43,732 bases of DNA, from contig WFND01000064.1 in assembly GCA_015484575.1 (NCBI GenBank), forward strand, positions 1 to 43,732. Reading direction: 5' to 3'. The stretch's first letter is position 1; each line of letters opens with the position of its first letter. The notes under the pieces were generated by a model. The model did not search any database. It was not told the origin of the DNA and worked only from the letters and a program-made list of their open reading frames with translations. Shown here piece after piece: positions 28,226 through 36,415 of this stretch. Made by a program: the position numbers and the translations under genes. The stretch comes from Helicobacteraceae bacterium (lineage in GTDB: Bacteria; Campylobacterota; Campylobacteria; Campylobacterales; Sulfurimonadaceae).

Positions 28226-29373
28226 GAGTTGCCGTTATTGTAAAGAGTCTTAAAATCGGGGGAATGGAGAGAGCTGCCATAAATCTTGCAGAGACTTTTG
28301 CTCTTGAGGGGCATGAGAGCCATCTTATCTATTTTAAAGACAGAGACAAGGCGTTATCTGCAAATGATGATGTTCATACACACCTTTTTAATATTGAGAA
28401 GATACTAAAAAAGAGCGGTATCGGACTGATATTAAATCTATTTGCCAAAATATTAAACGGCATTATCAGGCACAGCTATTTTTACTCTCAGGGAATACTG
28501 CTAACTCCTATCTTTAGATGGAAGATGAACGCTTTGGAGAAAGAGTTTGGTAAGTTTGACCTTATCTTGATTCGTGGGCAGGGTACTTTTGAGATGATAT
28601 GGAGATACAACAGAGCTGAACTTGTGATTCAGCAGGTCAATATCTTAAGAGAGTATGATACATTTTTTAGTGATTTTTTTAGAAGAGCAATCTTTTCTCA
28701 TAAACAGATAATCTGTAACGCTCCTAGTGTAAAAAGAGAGATAGAGTCTGGATTTAAAGCAAGTGCGGTTGAACCGAAAAGTTTACATGTAATACCAAGC
28801 CCTATAAATGTAAAACTGATTCAACAACGCTCAAATGCCTATAAAACAGAGTTTAATGAAAAATATATTATAAATATAGGACGTTTTGCACCCGTTAAAA
28901 ATATCTCTCTGCTCATAAAGTCTTTCGCTTATGCAAGAGAAAATTTTAATCTAAAACATAAGCTTGTTTTAGTGGGTGATGGTGGACTTAAAAAGAGTCT
29001 TCAAGAGTTGGCTGAAAGTTTACATGTAAGCGATAGCGTCCATTTTACAGGAGCTTTAAACAACCCATATCCATGGTTGAAAGATGCCGAGTTATTTGTG
29101 TTTACCTCAAAAAACGAAGGTCTGCCAAATGTTCTTCTTGAGTCACTATCATGCGAAACAGATATAATCTCCACCCGTGGAAAAGGTGGAACTATGGATA
29201 TTATGTCAGGTGATTTGGCTGAGTATCTTATGGATTTTGATGTTAAAGAGATAGCTAAAAAGATAGTTGATGTCTTAGCAGATACAAAGAAGTTAGAACA
29301 TCATAAATACCTAAAAATATATACTCCGTCTTTTGTTGTTCAAGAGTATAAAAATCTCTATGTAGATAAGTGA
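28222..29373 (+). CDS. Glycosyltransferase family 4 (GT-B, group 1)
   Basis: 383 aa. Contains GRFAPVKNISLLIKSF, LVGDG and FVFTSKNEGLPNVLLESL. Overlaps the upstream stop as ATGA. Confidence 0.8.
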   Translation: MRVAVIVKSLKIGGMERAAINLAETFALEGHESHLIYFKDRDKALSANDDVHTHLFNIEKILKKSGIGLILNLFAKILNGIIRHSYFYSQGILLTPIFRWKMNALEKEFGKFDLILIRGQGTFEMIWRYNRAELVIQQVNILREYDTFFSDFFRRAIFSHKQIICNAPSVKREIESGFKASAVEPKSLHVIPSPINVKLIQQRSNAYKTEFNEKYIINIGRFAPVKNISLLIKSFAYARENFNLKHKLVLVGDGGLKKSLQELAESLHVSDSVHFTGALNNPYPWLKDAELFVFTSKNEGLPNVLLESLSCETDIISTRGKGGTMDIMSGDLAEYLMDFDVKEIAKKIVDVLADTKKLEHHKYLKIYTPSFVVQEYKNLYVDK

Positions 29374-29378
29374 GATAG

Positions 29379-30761
29379 ATGCTCTTTAACAGTTACGAGT
29401 TTATATTTGTATTTTTGCCGTTAAGCTTTTTTATCTATTTTTACCTTCTACAAAAGCGTCTTATAACAGGAGCAAAAGCCTTTTTGGTCTTTAGCTCACT
29501 CTTTTTTTACAGCTGGTGGAATGTCAGCTATCTGCCTATAATCTTAAGCTCAATGCTCTTTAACTATACGGTAGGAAGTAGCTTAAATGATAATACTCAT
29601 CATATAAAAACAGCTAAAAAAAGAGTGCTTGTCTTTGGAATAATAGCAAACTTATCTCTGCTTGGATACTTTAAATATGCAGACTTTTTTATACAAAATA
29701 TAAACTTTCTCACAAATACCAACATAGAGCTTTTACATATAGCACTTCCTCTAGCTATATCATTTTTCACTTTTCAACAGATAGCTTACCTTGTCGATTC
29801 ATACAGAGGTGAAACAAAGGAGTATGATTTTTTAAATTACTCTCTGTTTGTCACATTTTTTCCTCAACTTATAGCAGGTCCTATAGTACATCATAAGGAG
29901 ATGATGCCACAGTTTGTTTTACGTTGGAACTTGGCTAAAAGATATAAAAATATAGCAACAGGGCTGTTTATCTTCTCTATCGGATTATTTAAAAAGGTTG
30001 TTATAGCAGATACTTTTGCACTCTGGGCTACAAATGGTTTTGATGTGGCACAAACCTTAAGTACGGCAGAGGCATGGGCAACTTCACTCTCATACACTTT
30101 TCAACTCTATTTTGATTTTAGCGGATATACGGATATGGCAATAGGTGCAGCACTGCTTTTTAATATAAAGCTACCTATAAACTTCAACTCTCCTTATAAG
30201 GCTCTGAGTATTCAAGACTTTTGGAGACGTTGGCATATCACACTCTCACGCTTTTTAAAAGATTATATCTACATACCTTTGGGAGGAAACAGAAGAGGCT
30301 CATTAAAAACATACTCAAATATTATGCTCACTTTTATATTGGGCGGTATCTGGCACGGAGCAGGGTGGACATTTGCTTTTTGGGGTTTTTTACATGGGAC
30401 AGCTCTGGTTATTCACAGACTTTGGCAGAAGATGGGTATAAGTATGCCAAAAGTTATAGCGTGGTTTATCACTTTTAACTTCATAAATATAACTTGGGTA
30501 TTTTTCAGAGCCAAAGAGTTTGATGATGCTTTAAAAGTTTTAGGTGGGATGTTTTCTCTCTCATCTGCTTCACATGTAGAGTCTAAAACTCTCTTATGGA
30601 TAGTCTTGGCTTTTATAGTTGTGCTGGTATTTAAAAACAGTTTTGAGCTTCATCAGCGTTTTAGGTTGAGTTATAAAAATCTTCTTATAATTCTTACACT
30701 TTTATATCTCTCTTTAGAGCGTTTAAGCTCATTTAGTGAGTTTTTGTATTTTAATTTTTAG
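29379..30761 (+). CDS. MBOAT-family membrane O-acyltransferase (AlgI/DltB/PatA-like)
   Basis: 460 aa and polytopic. MLFNSYEFIFVFLPL start, FSGYTDMAIG, FWRRWHITLSRFLKDYIYIPLGGNR, and the conserved His in GGIWHGAGW. Confidence 0.9.
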   Translation: MLFNSYEFIFVFLPLSFFIYFYLLQKRLITGAKAFLVFSSLFFYSWWNVSYLPIILSSMLFNYTVGSSLNDNTHHIKTAKKRVLVFGIIANLSLLGYFKYADFFIQNINFLTNTNIELLHIALPLAISFFTFQQIAYLVDSYRGETKEYDFLNYSLFVTFFPQLIAGPIVHHKEMMPQFVLRWNLAKRYKNIATGLFIFSIGLFKKVVIADTFALWATNGFDVAQTLSTAEAWATSLSYTFQLYFDFSGYTDMAIGAALLFNIKLPINFNSPYKALSIQDFWRRWHITLSRFLKDYIYIPLGGNRRGSLKTYSNIMLTFILGGIWHGAGWTFAFWGFLHGTALVIHRLWQKMGISMPKVIAWFITFNFINITWVFFRAKEFDDALKVLGGMFSLSSASHVESKTLLWIVLAFIVVLVFKNSFELHQRFRLSYKNLLIILTLLYLSLERLSSFSEFLYFNF

Positions 30762-30769
30762 GTATTTTT

Positions 30770-31681
30770 ATGAGTTATAAGAAATTTTCATATATAGTTT
30801 TGATATTTGCCTCTGCTCTTTTTGTGATAGCAGGATTTTTACACTCACTACATCTCGTATATAATGAAAACGATAGAATTTTAGCCTATCAAGAGCATAA
30901 ATTACAAAAATTAACCAAGATAGAGACTCTTATAGTCGGTGACAGCTCTGCAGGAAACGCTATAGATGCAAAATATTTCTCTAAGCTATCTCATAGCAAA
31001 ACACTCAATGTTGCACTTACCGGAAGTTATGGAATTATAGGCTCACTAAATATGCTAAAAAGAGTTGCAAAAGAGCATAAAGAGCTTAAAAATGTCATTA
31101 TTATGCAGAGCCTTGATGTCTGGTATAGACCTCTTAATCTAACAAGTTATTTTAAAACACGCTCTACACCTCTTAGCGAGATGAGTGGCGTTATAGACAG
31201 TCTCTACTCAAAATATTTCGCATTTTTATTTAATATAAAAGAGATAAACTGGTTTATAAAGTACCTGTATGAAGATAAAGATAGCACTATAGATATAAAA
31301 CATGACTATACAAAACAGAAAAAATATACTTTTGCCAATGGGAAAAAGAGGTTAAAAGAGGGTGTTGGACTCAAAGATAAGATAGATAAAGATAAGCTAA
31401 AAATTTTATCTCTGATGGATAACTTTTGCGGAGAGAAAAAACTGCAATGCTCATATCTGCATGGAGCTTTACATGTAAGCTTGGTAAAAAAAGATAAAAA
31501 GATAATAGAGCATATAAACACAGAGCTTTCAAATGTGATGAAAAATATATACTTTGTTCCAAAACCACTAGCCATACAGCAGAGATACATGGGTGATTCA
31601 AATGACCATGTTGATGTCTCATATAAGCTTCAAAGTACAAAAGAGAGCTACAATAGAATAAAGGAAAATCTTGAGTTATAA
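30770..31681 (+). CDS. Membrane-anchored partner of the MBOAT enzyme, possible SGNH/DltD-like acyl-transfer protein
   Basis: 303 aa with an N-terminal TM anchor. The GDS block (LIVGDSSAGNAID) sits where SGNH block I is expected. Its position directly after the MBOAT gene matches AlgI-AlgJ and DltB-DltD logic. Confidence 0.4.
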   Translation: MSYKKFSYIVLIFASALFVIAGFLHSLHLVYNENDRILAYQEHKLQKLTKIETLIVGDSSAGNAIDAKYFSKLSHSKTLNVALTGSYGIIGSLNMLKRVAKEHKELKNVIIMQSLDVWYRPLNLTSYFKTRSTPLSEMSGVIDSLYSKYFAFLFNIKEINWFIKYLYEDKDSTIDIKHDYTKQKKYTFANGKKRLKEGVGLKDKIDKDKLKILSLMDNFCGEKKLQCSYLHGALHVSLVKKDKKIIEHINTELSNVMKNIYFVPKPLAIQQRYMGDSNDHVDVSYKLQSTKESYNRIKENLEL

Positions 31682-32417
31682 GTACAGTTTAAACGATAAA
31701 TATCTACATTTCAAAGATGCTCTGTTAGATGTAAAGAGATATTTTGATGCTTCAGATGAGAGTATTCATAAAGCGAGAAATGAGCTTCGTATCTCCGAGA
31801 TAGAGAGTGAAAAAGTTGTTATAAAAGCTTTTAAAGTGCCTCATCTTATAAATCAGTTCGCATATGCCTACCTTCGTGATGGAAAAGCTCGTAAATCTTA
31901 CGATAATGCTATAAAGCTTCAAGCCTTACATGTAAACACTCCTACACCTATAGGTTTAATTGAATTTTACCGTTTTGGACTCTTAAAACAGAGCTACTTT
32001 ATTGCTAAATATGAAGCGTATGATTTTACGATACGTGAAGCTTTTCATAGAAAAATAGAAGATTACAAAGAGGTTATAAAGGCTTTTGCACTCTTTACTT
32101 ATGACTTACATGTAAAGGGTGTTTGGCATGTTGATTACTCACCGGGAAATATCTTAATAAGCAGAAAAAACGGCTCTTATCACTTCTCTTTGGTAGATAT
32201 TAATCGTATGGAGTTTAGAGATATTGGAGAGTATGAAGGTCTGGAAAACTTTGCAAAATTTTGGGCAAAAGAGGAGGATTTAAAACTACTAGCAACAAGT
32301 TACGCAGAGGTTGCGTCACTAGATGTCGATAAAGCTATACAGAGAGCTTCTGATGCAGCAAAAAAACTTCAAGCCAAAACAGAGTTAAAAAGAAAACTAA
32401 AAGGTGCTAATTTTTAA
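31671..32417 (+). CDS. Lipopolysaccharide kinase (Kdo/WaaP/InaA family)
   Basis: TTG start with AAGGA 5 nt upstream. The protein-kinase-like catalytic loop WHVDYSPGNILI ... LVDINRM is typical of the LPS/Kdo kinase family. Confidence 0.6.
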   Translation: MSYKYSLNDKYLHFKDALLDVKRYFDASDESIHKARNELRISEIESEKVVIKAFKVPHLINQFAYAYLRDGKARKSYDNAIKLQALHVNTPTPIGLIEFYRFGLLKQSYFIAKYEAYDFTIREAFHRKIEDYKEVIKAFALFTYDLHVKGVWHVDYSPGNILISRKNGSYHFSLVDINRMEFRDIGEYEGLENFAKFWAKEEDLKLLATSYAEVASLDVDKAIQRASDAAKKLQAKTELKRKLKGANF

Positions 32418-32432
32418 ACTTTTGTTATCAAA

Positions 32433-32774
32433 TTAATAGTTAATTTCAATAATTCCAGTGATATTCTTTTCAACTATGGAAGAGATTTCAACTTTATATT
32501 TTAGCAATGCTTCTTCTACTCTGGACACTCTACTATTACCAAGCCTAAGCCAAATAATATGTGGAGGAAAATTATATAGCGTACAGATGTCATTAAAGTC
32601 AGAATCTTTAGAAACTAATGTATATCCATTTTCTTTTGCATATTTCCATACATCTATATCGCTTGATTTGTCTAATCCAACAGTTTCTACATGTGTAGAA
32701 TTTGGATAGCTATCTTTTAACCTTGATACCAAACGATAGGATAAATTTTGGTCAAATAATAATTTTAGGCACAT
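32433..32774 (-). CDS. DUF5615 family PIN-like nuclease (putative toxin)
   Basis: 113 aa. LLFDQNLSYRLVSRL ... DIDVWKYAKENGYTLVSKDSDF fits the DUF5615/Mut7-C-like PIN pattern. Overlaps the upstream DUF433 gene by 10 nt. Confidence 0.7.
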   Translation of the reverse strand: MCLKLLFDQNLSYRLVSRLKDSYPNSTHVETVGLDKSSDIDVWKYAKENGYTLVSKDSDFNDICTLYNFPPHIIWLRLGNSRVSRVEEALLKYKVEISSIVEKNITGIIEINY

Positions 32775-32989
32775 ATTGAAAGTTTATGTTCTTTATCAGC
32801 TGCATATGAGAGAACAGCATAAATATCATCTTCTCTTAATTTTGGATAATCTTGCATGATTTCATTAAAGCTCATACCATCAGAAAGCATATCAAGGATG
32901 TCATATACAGTTATCCGCATTCCACGAATAATTGGTTTGCCAGATCTTATATTTGGATCTATTGTTATGTGACTTTGATAATTTTGCAT
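32765..32989 (-). CDS. DUF433 protein (putative antitoxin)
   Basis: 74 aa. ITIDPNIRSGKPIIRGMRITVYDILDMLSDGMSFNEIMQDYPKLREDDIYAVLSYA is a near-textbook DUF433 sequence. Confidence 0.75.
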   Translation of the reverse strand: MQNYQSHITIDPNIRSGKPIIRGMRITVYDILDMLSDGMSFNEIMQDYPKLREDDIYAVLSYAADKEHKLSICA

Positions 32990-33099
32990 AATGTCTCCTT
33001 GTAATATATCAGTGGGATGTGTATAGCTAAATCATACCAAAATTATAGCATATACTCAAAATTATGGAGCTATGGATTTATGGTGCATAAGGTCAGTTA

Positions 33100-34680
33100 C
33101 TAATTTTTTGGTATCTCCAAAAAACCTGCCAAGCCAGATATATCTCCGCCACATACATAACATGGTCTTTGCGGGTGTAATTTACTTGTATCGTATCCTA
33201 AAAGTTGGGCAACTATTTTTGACATCTCAAAGTGAGAGATAAACTCTTCATCCGGCATTTTAGGTATCTCTTTTTTATTTACATGTAAAGCATATATGAA
33301 AAATGGTACTTTATGCTGCTCTTTAAACTCTATGTGACCGTGTCCATAACGTCCATCTTGACCGACACTCTCTCCATGATCTGCAGTAAATATAATATAT
33401 GTGGGTTTTTTTGAGCTGTTTTGAAGATATGTAATGATTTTTTTTATAACATCATCCGTATATAACACGCTGTTTTCATACGCACTTCGCTTCTCGTCTG
33501 TATCTTTAAACTTCTCATATCTACTTGGGTATCTCTGAGCATAAGGTGAGTGTGAGCCTACCTGATGAAGTACAATGAAATTAGAGATATTCAGATTAAC
33601 GCTTTTTAATTTCTCAAGTAACTTCTCATCGCTGTCTGTGTGGTGAATATCTGCAGCTGAACTACTGCCGTCAAGATAACTGTCTATCCATCTAGTGCAT
33701 AGATAACTCTTTATATTGCTAAGTGCGTCTTGCGATTGAGAGCTAAAAAAATGGGTGCTAAAACCGCTGTTTTTTGCCATCTTAAACAGACATGTATTTG
33801 TGCTTATTATCTGTGGCAGTCCGTTAGGACGATATATCATATTAAAGAAAGAGGGAAGTGAGACATCTGTATATACACCAGAGGAGATTCCTTTTTTATA
33901 TATAAAATTTGGACTCTTTTTCAGGGAGTTTAAAAATGGAGTCGTATCTTTTTTATACCCATAAAGTGACATAAAGTTTCTATTTAGAGATTCTCCCATG
34001 ATAAGTACAATATTTGCATCTATATCTCTTTTTAACAGAGGCAGTGGCTCTATTATCTTTTGAGATAGAGTAGTATCTTCATGCAATATCATTTTTATAG
34101 CTAAACTGCCTCCTAAATAACCGAGAGTCTCTATGGCATTTCTTAGTGGATTTACCTCTACATTTGGACGAGCTCCTTTATCTGAGTTATTAATCCAAAC
34201 TCTACCGGGAATAAATATAACAAGAGCCAACCACACATAGCCCAAATAGGGGATAATAAAACGTTTTTGAGGCAATTTTTTTAAAATATAGATACCCGAG
34301 ACAATAGATACTATGATAATGATAAAAGGCACAATCATCATATTTAAAACTTTAGAAAATGTCTCAAATGTATCATAAAATTTAGTAAAAAATAGTATAA
34401 ATTCAAGAGGAAATATCCAAGAACCATAGTAGTTAAAGTGTAAAAGTTCTGCTGAAATTAAGATAGATATAAGAGTGTATATACCAAAAATCACTCCTCG
34501 TTTTGATAGAGAAAGTATAAGAAAGTTTATTAAAATTAGTTCGCCAAAAGTATTTAGGGTGAGATTAAAGTTTAAGATAGGGTTGTATATACGATAACTC
34601 TGCTCTAAGAGTATAAAAATCAGAGTCATACCTAAAGAGAGCAAAAGAGTATGAAAAAAAGCTCTTAGTTTATCTCTCAT
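33100..34680 (-). CDS. Phosphoethanolamine transferase (EptA/EptC/CptA family)
   Basis: 526 aa with an N-terminal TM bundle plus a sulfatase domain. Contains IMGESLNRNFMSLYGYKKDTTPFL, HQVGSHSPYAQRYPSRYEKF, YENSVLYTDDVI and TADHGES. Confidence 0.85.
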   Translation of the reverse strand: MRDKLRAFFHTLLLSLGMTLIFILLEQSYRIYNPILNFNLTLNTFGELILINFLILSLSKRGVIFGIYTLISILISAELLHFNYYGSWIFPLEFILFFTKFYDTFETFSKVLNMMIVPFIIIIVSIVSGIYILKKLPQKRFIIPYLGYVWLALVIFIPGRVWINNSDKGARPNVEVNPLRNAIETLGYLGGSLAIKMILHEDTTLSQKIIEPLPLLKRDIDANIVLIMGESLNRNFMSLYGYKKDTTPFLNSLKKSPNFIYKKGISSGVYTDVSLPSFFNMIYRPNGLPQIISTNTCLFKMAKNSGFSTHFFSSQSQDALSNIKSYLCTRWIDSYLDGSSSAADIHHTDSDEKLLEKLKSVNLNISNFIVLHQVGSHSPYAQRYPSRYEKFKDTDEKRSAYENSVLYTDDVIKKIITYLQNSSKKPTYIIFTADHGESVGQDGRYGHGHIEFKEQHKVPFFIYALHVNKKEIPKMPDEEFISHFEMSKIVAQLLGYDTSKLHPQRPCYVCGGDISGLAGFLEIPKN

Positions 34681-34681
34681 A

Positions 34682-35605
34682 TTAAGCGATAATCTCTCGT
34701 AATTTCTGCTTTACATGTAAGAGTGTATCTTGACGTTTTTTAATATCTTGGCTTAACATAAAAGGGTGTTGAATACTCTCATCACTTACGGCTTTCCATC
34801 TCTTAACAGAGGCAAAAAGCGAGTCTGCAAAAAATGTCATCGTTTCGGTACCGACTAAAGCTGCTAGATGATAAGTCCCCGTAGAGGTACTTACAAAAAG
34901 TTTCAGGGTACTTAAAAATTTGCCAAAAGCTACCAATCCATCTTTTGAGATATAAAACTCTATCTCCGTATTTAGCTTTTTTGCCTCTTGTAAAAATGTA
35001 TTATCAGTAGGACCAAAAGTCATTACAGGGGTATATCGACTCTCATTTTTAACTATCTGTGCTAGTTCAAAATACTCTTTTATAGTTAAATTTGCATCAC
35101 TAGAACCACCAAAGCCCACATGAAAAGCGATAATATCCTCTTTTTTACTATCAAAGCCTAAAAGAGGTTGAGGATATGAGCTGTTTATATCTGTAAAATA
35201 GCTTTTGACAAGTGCTATATTGTACTCATACTCTGCCATTTTTACACGTGAACGTCTCTGTTTGACTCTCTTATTGTAAAAAATCTGTGCTACCTTTGTT
35301 GCAGGTGCTACACGCAGAGAAATACGAGCCAAAAACTGTGCTAGAGCCACTTTTGTATCTGAAAACAGAGTGAAAGATATGTCAAAATTGTATGGTTTTA
35401 GCTTTTTTGCAAGTTCTAAAGCGTTTTTAGTATCATCAACAATAACATCATCTATAAAATCACATCTGTTTGCCAACTCCTCATTTAACGAAGATATGCA
35501 GACGGTAATCTTAAATTTTGGATTATACTGTTTTAAAATTTTACATGTAGGAAGAGCAGTGATAAAATCACCGAGCTTATCTGTACGCACTATCAAGATA
35601 TTCAT
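34682..35605 (-). CDS. Glycosyltransferase family 9 (LPS heptosyltransferase-like)
   Basis: MNILIVRTDKLGDFI is the typical GT9 N-terminus, so the ATG at 35605 is preferred over the TTG at 35620. The C-terminal STSTGTYHLAA motif also fits. Confidence 0.7.
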   Translation of the reverse strand: MNILIVRTDKLGDFITALPTCKILKQYNPKFKITVCISSLNEELANRCDFIDDVIVDDTKNALELAKKLKPYNFDISFTLFSDTKVALAQFLARISLRVAPATKVAQIFYNKRVKQRRSRVKMAEYEYNIALVKSYFTDINSSYPQPLLGFDSKKEDIIAFHVGFGGSSDANLTIKEYFELAQIVKNESRYTPVMTFGPTDNTFLQEAKKLNTEIEFYISKDGLVAFGKFLSTLKLFVSTSTGTYHLAALVGTETMTFFADSLFASVKRWKAVSDESIQHPFMLSQDIKKRQDTLLHVKQKLREIIA

Positions 35606-35626
35606 ACGCAAGTATAACAAATTGTA

Positions 35627-35657
35627 TTTACATGTAAGATAAACTCTTACATGTAAA
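35627..35657 (-). terminator. Hairpin formed by two TTACATGTAA copies (11-bp stem, 9-nt loop) 9 nt after the ahpC stop; possible terminator
   Basis: Copies at 35628-35637 and 35647-35656, with T35627/A35657 extending the stem. Only a weakly T-rich tail follows on the minus strand. Confidence 0.4.
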
Positions 35658-35665
35658 GGAGAGTA

Positions 35666-36262
35666 TTAAAGCTCTTCTTCGTGTTGTGCTAAATACTCAG
35701 CAACACCTTCAGTAGTAGCTTTCATACCTTCGTCACCTTTTTGCCAACCTGCAGGACATACTTCACCAAACTCATCAGTAAACTGTTGAGCATCAATCAT
35801 TCTTAACATCTCATCAACATTACGTCCAAGTGGAAGATCATTTACAACTGCATGACGTACAGTACCGTTATTATCAATCAAAAATGAACCGCGAAGTGCA
35901 ACCGAATCACCTAAAAGCACATCATAATCACGAGCGATATTTTTTGTTAAATCTGCTACAAGTGGGAAATTGATACGACCTATACCACCTTTTTCTACCG
36001 GAGTTTCTCTCCATGCAAAGTGAGAAAACTGACTATCTACAGATACGCCGATAACATTTACACCACGACTTTGGAACTCCTCATATCTATGAGAAAAAGC
36101 GATAATTTCAGATGGACATACAAAAGTAAAATCTAATGGATAGAAAAATACAACAGTACCTTTTTCACCAAAATTTTCACTCAATTTAAAATCTTCAACT
36201 ATTGAACCATCTGCTAAAACTGCAGTAGCCGTAAAATCAGGAGCTGGGTTTGTTACTAACAT
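35666..36262 (-). CDS. ahpC: Typical 2-Cys peroxiredoxin (alkyl hydroperoxide reductase AhpC/TsaA)
   Basis: 198 aa. Contains PAPDFTATAV, the peroxidatic Cys in FTFVCPSEI, and the resolving Cys in EVCPAGW. Confidence 0.95.
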   Translation of the reverse strand: MLVTNPAPDFTATAVLADGSIVEDFKLSENFGEKGTVVFFYPLDFTFVCPSEIIAFSHRYEEFQSRGVNVIGVSVDSQFSHFAWRETPVEKGGIGRINFPLVADLTKNIARDYDVLLGDSVALRGSFLIDNNGTVRHAVVNDLPLGRNVDEMLRMIDAQQFTDEFGEVCPAGWQKGDEGMKATTEGVAEYLAQHEEEL

Positions 36263-36355
36263 GTGTTACCTCTTTTTATTTATTTTGTTGGTGTAATTTT
36301 AGCATATAAATATTAATTAAAATTGGAAAAAATAAACTAATAAAAATAGCTAAAA

Positions 36356-36371
36356 GATAATTATTATTATC
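36356..36371. promoter_or_regulatory. Fur/PerR-box-like inverted repeat GATAATTATTATTATC in the ahpC-pyk divergent intergenic region
   Basis: GATAAT and ATTATC arms separated by 4 nt, 94 nt upstream of the ahpC ATG. Resembles the Fur-family GATAAT-based consensus. The AT-rich background lowers its significance. Confidence 0.3.
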
Positions 36372-36415
36372 TATATAAATTATTTTAGATAGAATTGCAT
36401 CAAAAAGGTATAATA

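Noticed and set aside
32685-32700. Inverted repeat TTCTACA-TG-TGTAGAA containing an ACATGT core, inside the DUF5615 gene.
   Set aside because: It matches the abundant word at only 7/10 positions, has short arms and is intragenic. Most likely chance.
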